Below the pieces are notes generated by a model. That model was not told where the DNA came from, did no database searches, and was given only the letters and a program-made list of their open reading frames with translations. Made by a program: the position numbers and the translations under genes. From Vicinamibacteria bacterium (GTDB taxonomy: Bacteria > Acidobacteriota > Vicinamibacteria > Fen-336): a stretch of DNA of 37,167 bases. Within the stretch, counting starts at the first letter, position 1; every line of letters begins with the position of its first letter. This document shows, one piece after another, positions 31,655 to 37,167 of the stretch. Location of the stretch: assembly GCA_025923995.1 (NCBI GenBank), contig JAICEW010000018.1, positions 1-37,167 of the forward strand. Direction: 5' to 3'.

Positions 31655-33607
31655 CTACTGCGCCGACCCGCCCGGCGCGAGCGCCATCAGGAAGCCGCCG
31701 CGGGGAGGCACGGTGACCGCGAACCGGCCCACCGGCTCGCGCGAGAGCGCGTGGCGCGCGAAGCCCTCGCCGTCCGCATCGTCGCTCACCATCAGCCCGC
31801 TGACCGTCGAGCCCACGAAGCCGAGATCGAGGGCCATCGGACGCGGCAGCCCGGTGCCGTTGATGCCCGCCACGAACCAGGTCTCGCCGCTACGCCGGGC
31901 CAGCACGACGTCTCGTCCCGGATAGCCGTCGAGGAACCGCACGTCGTCCCAGGCCGGCGGGATGGCCTTCAGCATCTCCACCACGAACTCCGGAGCCTCG
32001 GACAGGTCCCTGGGCGTGAGGCCCATGTGCTGGACTCCGGACTCGAACAGCACGGCCAGGGCGAGCTCGAAGGCCTCGGTGGTGCGACGGTCGAAGCGGC
32101 GCATCTTGCGGTTGAACACGGTGGGCGTGAAGTCCATCGGCCCGATGGCGTTGCGCGTGAAGGGCAGGATGGCGGAGTGCTCCGGCTGCTCGTCCGCGTT
32201 GCGCTGCTCGAAGCCGGCATGCTCCATGCCCTTCACGGCCTCCATGGTCATGAGGTGGGGAAACGTGCGCTCCCAGCCGCGCGGGATGGTGGCGCCGTGG
32301 AAGTTCACCATGATGCCGTGGTCCGCGGCGTCCTTCAGTATGTCGAGGTACAGCGCCATGGTCGCCTGCTTGTCGCCGCCCATGAAGTCGACCTTGATGC
32401 CGCGCACGCCCACCTGGCGCAGGCGCGCCATCTCCTCGCGCCGGACGGACGGCTCGTGCATCCTGTCCTTCGGCGTCATCGGCGCGTCGTTGAAGCTTCC
32501 GTTGGAGTTGTACCAGAGCCAGATCCCGACGCCCTTTTCGCGTCCGAGGCGTACCAGCTCGCGGATGCCGTCCCAGCCGATCTGCGCGTCCCACCGGGCG
32601 TCGACGAGCAGGTATTCCCAACCCAGGCGGGCCGCCATCTCCAGGAACTCCTTCTGCACGGGCAGGGTGCAGCTCGCGTCGTCGAGCTGCAGCCAGCTCC
32701 AGGAGGCCACCCCGGGGGCCACGAACGAAGCGTCCTGCACGGCGGAAGGCCGCGCGAGGTCGGTGACGAGCGTGGTCTCGACGATGGGCCCAAGCGTGGA
32801 GCCGAGGACGATCACGCGCCACGGGGAGACGAAGGGCAGTCGGACGGTGGGCGCCACGGGATCGACCTCGCCGCGGTGCTCGGCGGGCTGCGGGAAGCCA
32901 ACGCGGTACAGCCCGCCCGCGGCGTGCTGCCGCAAGCGGGCCGCGAGGTAGCCTTCGTCCAGGTCGCTCTCGGTGAGGAGCACCCAGCCGGTGGGCGTCT
33001 TGAAGAGGGCGGGGAAGGCCCAGCCCGCCGCGTGGGGGGACGACGTGCCCGCCGGCACGCCGATGGCGTACCGGTCCTCGTAGCACGGGTTCACGCGGCT
33101 CCAGCCTGTCTTGGCGTCGTGCATGGGGTGCATCCAGGCGAGCGTTCCCTCCGGCAGCGCGAAGCCCGTCTCCTCGCTCTCGACGACCTCGTGGCCGTCG
33201 TCGACCGCCTGGCGCACGACGTAGCGGAACGCGACGCCGTCGTTGGAGACGTGGAAGACGACCTCGAGCGCCGCTCCGCGCGCGCCCGCGAACGTCACCG
33301 CGCGCCGGTTGGCCTCGGACCGGACTCGGCGCCGTTTTCCGTGCGCGAGCGTGTAGTCCTCGCGGAAGCGCTCGACCGGTCCTGCCCCTCGCAGGGTCAG
33401 CCCGGAAGCCAGGTCGGCCCTCCGCATCCGCAGGCCCAAGGGCGAAGAGGCCAGGGCGGAGCGTCCTTCCAGCAGGATGTCGTAGCTCGGGATCCCGCGC
33501 TCGACGCCCACGCGGACCCGGATGCGCCCGTCCGGGCTCGCGATCTCGTGTCCGGGGGCGGCGGTCGCGCTGGCCGCGAGAGCGAGCGTCGCCACGATTG
33601 CCTTCAT
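31655..33607 (-). CDS. Secreted glycoside hydrolase, GH97-like (alpha-glucosidase/alpha-galactosidase family)
   Basis: It has a signal peptide. A central (beta/alpha)8 region carries GIKVDFMGGD and FHGATIPRGWERTFP, both GH97-like. The ATG lies 10 nt after the GH51 gene stop. Confidence 0.6.
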   Translation of the reverse strand: MKAIVATLALAASATAAPGHEIASPDGRIRVRVGVERGIPSYDILLEGRSALASSPLGLRMRRADLASGLTLRGAGPVERFREDYTLAHGKRRRVRSEANRRAVTFAGARGAALEVVFHVSNDGVAFRYVVRQAVDDGHEVVESEETGFALPEGTLAWMHPMHDAKTGWSRVNPCYEDRYAIGVPAGTSSPHAAGWAFPALFKTPTGWVLLTESDLDEGYLAARLRQHAAGGLYRVGFPQPAEHRGEVDPVAPTVRLPFVSPWRVIVLGSTLGPIVETTLVTDLARPSAVQDASFVAPGVASWSWLQLDDASCTLPVQKEFLEMAARLGWEYLLVDARWDAQIGWDGIRELVRLGREKGVGIWLWYNSNGSFNDAPMTPKDRMHEPSVRREEMARLRQVGVRGIKVDFMGGDKQATMALYLDILKDAADHGIMVNFHGATIPRGWERTFPHLMTMEAVKGMEHAGFEQRNADEQPEHSAILPFTRNAIGPMDFTPTVFNRKMRRFDRRTTEAFELALAVLFESGVQHMGLTPRDLSEAPEFVVEMLKAIPPAWDDVRFLDGYPGRDVVLARRSGETWFVAGINGTGLPRPMALDLGFVGSTVSGLMVSDDADGEGFARHALSREPVGRFAVTVPPRGGFLMALAPGGSAQ

Positions 33608-33617
33608 GCCGCGTGCC

Positions 33618-35195
33618 TCACGGCAAGATCGCGATCACCGTCACCGACTTCGGCTCGAGCGTGAGCGTCACGGTTCCGCCCTGGACCTTCGCTGCGATCG
33701 GCCTGGGCGTGACGGCGTTCGGGGCGTCGAACGTGTTCACGCTGTCGACCTTGGGGGCGGTGAGGGTCTCGCCCGTCGCCGATCGAGGCGTGACCCCGGC
33801 GACGCTGGCCGCGATCGTGACCGGCCGGGTGGGGTCGACGTTGGTGACGGCCAACCAGAGCTTGCCGGCCGTGTCCTTCGCCGCGATCGCATCCACGCGC
33901 GGCAGCGTCACCGCGCCATGGGTGTACGAGCCCGCGTCGAACGTGACGGGCACGAACGTGGCCTCCTGGAAGGGCACGTACATCTTGAAGACGTGGTACG
34001 TCGGCGTCAGGACCATCTTCTCCCTGTCGGTCAGGATCATGGCCTGCAGCACGTTGACCATCTGCGCGATGTTCGCCATCCGCACGCGGTCGGCGTGGCG
34101 CGCGAAGATGTTGAGGTTGAGCGCGGCCAGGACCGCGTCGCGCTGGCTGTTCTGCTGGGCCAGGAACCCGTCCTTGCTCCCGGGCAGCTTCGCGTACCAG
34201 GCGCCCCATTCGTCGACGGCCAGCGCGATCTTCTTCTCCGGGTCGTACTTGTCCATGATCGCGGCGTGCTTGCCGACCCAGCCTTCCATCTCCAGCGTGG
34301 CCTTCAGGATCTCGCCGTACTCCTTCTCGCCGAACCCGACCGACGCGTACGCGGCCGGCCAGCGCACCACCGTGTAGTTGTGCAGGGAGAGGCCCTCCAT
34401 GTCCCAGCTCCACTGGCGGTTCTTCCAGCCCTTCATGACCACCTCGGTCCACTCCGTCCAGCGTGCTTCCTCGCCGCCGGCCGGGCCGACCGCGATCCTC
34501 AGCATCTTCGCCGTGTCGCGCTGCGCGGGGTTGTAGTTGCGGGCGAAGCGGGCATGGATCGTCATCTGCCGGAGGTAGTAGTCGGGCGTCATGTTGCCGC
34601 CGCAGTCCCAGCTCTCGTTGCCGAGGCCCAGGTAGGGAACCTTGAAGGGCGCCGGGTGGCCGTTGGCTGCGCGCAGCTGGCCCAGCGTCGTCGGCTGCTC
34701 GGTCGTCAGGTACTCCATCCATTCGGCGGCTTCCTGCGGGGTGCCCGAGCCGACGTTGATCGACAGGTAGGCCTCGCTGCCGATCTGGTCGATGAAGTCG
34801 AAGAACTCGTGCGTGCCGAAGGCGTTGGTCTCGATCACGCCGCCCCAGTTGGGGTTGAGCGTGACGGGGCGGTTGGGGCCGATGCCGTTGCGCCAGTGGT
34901 ACTCGTCCGCGAAGCAGCCGCCCGGCCAGCGCACGTTCGGCACCTTGAGCGCCTTGAGCGCGGCCACGACGTCGTTGCGGATGCCGCGCGTGTTCGGGAT
35001 GGAGGAGTCGGGGCCGACCCAGACCCCTTCGTAGATCCCGGTGCCGAGGTGCTCGGCGAACTGCCCGAAGATGTTCCGGTCGATCTTCGGGCCCGGTCTC
35101 GAGGGGTCGATCGAGAGGGCTACGCTGTCGGCGGCGATCGCGCTCGTCCCTGGCGCGGTGACGAGAGCGAGGGTGACTGCGAGTCGGTGGATCAC
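33618..35195 (-). CDS. Alpha-L-arabinofuranosidase, GH51 family, secreted
   Basis: The GH51 signature is VRWPGGCFADEYHWRNGIGP, and the catalytic region is YLGLGNESW. GTG start is preceded by GGGAGGA 5 nt upstream, and a signal peptide is present. Confidence 0.8.
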   Translation of the reverse strand: MIHRLAVTLALVTAPGTSAIAADSVALSIDPSRPGPKIDRNIFGQFAEHLGTGIYEGVWVGPDSSIPNTRGIRNDVVAALKALKVPNVRWPGGCFADEYHWRNGIGPNRPVTLNPNWGGVIETNAFGTHEFFDFIDQIGSEAYLSINVGSGTPQEAAEWMEYLTTEQPTTLGQLRAANGHPAPFKVPYLGLGNESWDCGGNMTPDYYLRQMTIHARFARNYNPAQRDTAKMLRIAVGPAGGEEARWTEWTEVVMKGWKNRQWSWDMEGLSLHNYTVVRWPAAYASVGFGEKEYGEILKATLEMEGWVGKHAAIMDKYDPEKKIALAVDEWGAWYAKLPGSKDGFLAQQNSQRDAVLAALNLNIFARHADRVRMANIAQMVNVLQAMILTDREKMVLTPTYHVFKMYVPFQEATFVPVTFDAGSYTHGAVTLPRVDAIAAKDTAGKLWLAVTNVDPTRPVTIAASVAGVTPRSATGETLTAPKVDSVNTFDAPNAVTPRPIAAKVQGGTVTLTLEPKSVTVIAILP

Positions 35196-35353
35196 TTGTG
35201 TCCTCCCTGGGAACGGTCCGGAGCGCAAGCATACGTCGGACCGGTCGGCGTCAATTGGACCTTGGTCCCACGACCCGATTCGGGACGTTCCGTGGCACGC
35301 GTTGGCGTAAGCTAACCGCGCTTCGGCGATCCCTCGAACCGCCCGGAGGAAGA

Positions 35354-37167
35354 ATGAGCTCCAGGAGTTGCGCCATCCTTGCAGGTGCGATGGTCGTGCT
35401 CTCCGCCGCCTGCGCACGCGAAGCGAAGCCTCCGGCGACGCCGGCTCCGGGCGGACTGGACCGGACCGTCCTGCCGATCCACGAGCCCGTCGCTGCGTCC
35501 ATCAAGGAGCTGGATGCGCGCAAGGCCAGCGCTCCGCCGCGCTTCGAGGTGAAGGCTCCCCAGGGCGCGCCCAACGTCGTGATCGTGCTGATCGACGACA
35601 TCGGCTTCGGCGCCTCCAGCTCGTTCGGTGGTCCCATCAGCATGCCCACGCTCGAGAGGCTGGCCGGGAGTGGCCTGCGCTACAACCGCTTCCACACGAC
35701 GGCGCTGTGCAGCCCGACGCGCGTCGCGCTGCTCACGGGGCGCAACCACCACGTCAACAACGCGGGCGCCATCATGGAGCTGGCCACGGGCTTCCCCGGC
35801 AACACAGGCATCCGGCCGAGGAGCGTCACGCCGCTCGCACAGATCCTGCGCCAGAACGGCTACAGCACGGCGGCGTTCGGGAAGTACCACGAGACGCCCC
35901 CCTGGGAGGTGTCGGTGTCCGGCCCCTACGACCGGTGGCCGACCGGATCCGGCTTCGACAAGTTCTACGGCTTCATCGGCGGCGAGACGAACCAGTGGGC
36001 GCCGGCGATCTACGACGGCGTCACGCGCGTGGAGCACCGTCAGTCGCCGGACTACCACTTCACGACCGACATGACGGACCAGGCGATCAAGTGGGTCAGC
36101 GCCCAGCATTCGCTGACGCCGGACAAGCCCTTCTACGTCTACTTCGCGACCGGCGCGACCCACGCGCCCCACCACGTGCCGAAGGCGTGGCCCGCGAAGT
36201 ACAAGGGCCGCTTCTCCAGCGGCTGGGACAAGCTCCGCGAGGAGACCTGGGCGCGCCAGAAGCAGATGGGCATCATCCCCCAGGGCGCCAAGCTCACCCC
36301 GCGGCCGCAGGAGATCCCGGCCTGGGAGGACATGAGCGCCGACCAGAAGCGGCTGTTCGAGCGGCAGATGGAGACCTTCGCGGGCTTCGCCGAGCACACC
36401 GACCACGAGGTCGGACGGCTGGTCGCGCAGCTCGAGACGCTCGGTGAGCTGGACAACACGCTCTTCTTCTACGTCGTCGGCGACAACGGCGCGAGCGCCG
36501 AAGGCGGGCCCGAGGGCGCCTACAACGAGATGATGGCCCTGAACGGAATCGTCGGCACCTACGACCAGATGGCGGGGCACATCGAGGACTGGGGCGGCCC
36601 GACGACGTTCCCGCACTACGCCATCGGCTGGGCCTGGGCCACCAACGCGCCGTTCCAGTGGACCAAGCAGGTCGCGAGCCACTTCGGCGGCACGCGCAAC
36701 GGCATGGTCCTGCACTGGCCGGCGCGCATCAAGGCCAAGGGCGAGATCCGGAGCCAGTTCCACCACGTGATCGACGTGGCGCCCACGGCTCTCGAGGCGG
36801 CGGGCCTGCCGGAGCCGAAGCGGGTCGACGGCGTCGAGCAGCGCCCGATGGACGGCGTGTCGATGCTCTATTCGACCGACGCCCCCCAAGCCCCTGACCG
36901 TCGCAGCACGCAGTATTTCGAGATGTTCGGCAACCGTGGCATCTACCACAAGGGCTGGACCGCCGTCACCAAGCATCGCACGCCCTGGGAAACCGGTGTG
37001 GAGGTGCAAACCGTGGCCTTCGACGACGATGTCTGGGAGCTTTACGACACGACCACCGACTGGACGCAAGCACACGACCTCTCGAAAGAGAACCCGCGGA
37101 AGCTCCACGAACTGCAGCAACTGTGGCTGATCGAGGCGACCAAGTACAACGTGCTGCCGCTCGACGA
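35354..37167 (+). CDS. Arylsulfatase (type I, Cys-type, formylglycine-dependent); C-terminus runs off the window end
   Basis: The frame is not listed in the ORF track because it has no stop codon in the window. The translation carries the sulfatase signature CSPTRVALLTGR, GKYHET, and later GTRNGMVLHWP. A signal or lipoprotein-like N-terminus MSSRSCAILAGAMVVLSAAC is present, and GGAGGAAG lies upstream of the ATG. Confidence 0.85.
   Translation, partial: MSSRSCAILAGAMVVLSAACAREAKPPATPAPGGLDRTVLPIHEPVAASIKELDARKASAPPRFEVKAPQGAPNVVIVLIDDIGFGASSSFGGPISMPTLERLAGSGLRYNRFHTTALCSPTRVALLTGRNHHVNNAGAIMELATGFPGNTGIRPRSVTPLAQILRQNGYSTAAFGKYHETPPWEVSVSGPYDRWPTGSGFDKFYGFIGGETNQWAPAIYDGVTRVEHRQSPDYHFTTDMTDQAIKWVSAQHSLTPDKPFYVYFATGATHAPHHVPKAWPAKYKGRFSSGWDKLREETWARQKQMGIIPQGAKLTPRPQEIPAWEDMSADQKRLFERQMETFAGFAEHTDHEVGRLVAQLETLGELDNTLFFYVVGDNGASAEGGPEGAYNEMMALNGIVGTYDQMAGHIEDWGGPTTFPHYAIGWAWATNAPFQWTKQVASHFGGTRNGMVLHWPARIKAKGEIRSQFHHVIDVAPTALEAAGLPEPKRVDGVEQRPMDGVSMLYSTDAPQAPDRRSTQYFEMFGNRGIYHKGWTAVTKHRTPWETGVEVQTVAFDDDVWELYDTTTDWTQAHDLSKENPRKLHELQQLWLIEATKYNVLPLD

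Noticed and set aside
35293-35307. Sigma54-like element TGGCACgcgtTGGC upstream of the sulfatase gene
   Set aside because: The GG/GC dinucleotides are one position off the strict -24/-12 spacing, and the -12 element reads TGGC rather than TTGC. No EBP gene is adjacent. It is too weak to call.
36890-37167. Apparent drop in third-position GC at the 3' end of the sulfatase gene (more caa/aaa/gaa/tat codons), possible mosaic or assembly junction
   Set aside because: Counting codons gives about 85% GC3, only marginally below the rest of the gene, and this is within normal variation.
1-37167. CRISPR arrays, rRNA genes, IS elements or transposases
   Set aside because: No direct-repeat/spacer periodicity, no rRNA-like conserved segments and no transposase- or integrase-like ORFs were seen in any frame.

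Overview
High-GC (~70%) bacterial chromosomal segment, of the kind seen in Myxococcota, Gemmatimonadota and Acidobacteriota; I cannot assign taxonomy from sequence alone. The dominant feature is a ~13 kb minus-strand operon (27582 -> 14601) for a clade II (Sec-type) nitrous-oxide reductase. Gene order is: GltD-like flavo-FeS oxidoreductase, Rieske FeS protein, cytochrome b, pentaheme cytochrome c, nosZ, nosB-like membrane protein, nosD, nosF, nosL, nosY, a fasciclin-domain protein, an FGE/SUMF1-like (NirV-like) protein, then a Crp/Fnr-family regulator. Divergent from it are a hemerythrin gene and a NapH/NosR-like polyferredoxin membrane protein. Further on lie a radical-SAM/SPASM protein, a SAM methyltransferase and a cupin. 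Five copies of one Fnr/Dnr-type palindrome (ATGAC-N4-GTCAT) sit in the promoter regions of these units and of a secreted His-rich protein, which suggests a single anaerobic/N-oxide regulon. The left third of the window encodes envelope proteins: a UbiB-family kinase, several outer-membrane beta-barrels, an OmpA-family protein and an SGNH hydrolase. It also holds a PcfJ-like protein, an SPFH protein, tRNA-Tyr and an aberrant tRNA-His-like gene, and a candidate small transcript with its own promoter and intrinsic terminator. The right end is a glycan-utilisation cluster: a GH97-like hydrolase, a GH51 arabinofuranosidase and a Cys-type sulfatase. No CRISPR array, rRNA or recognisable transposase was seen. 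Many long Arg-rich ORFs in the six-frame track are GC-content artefacts and were not called.
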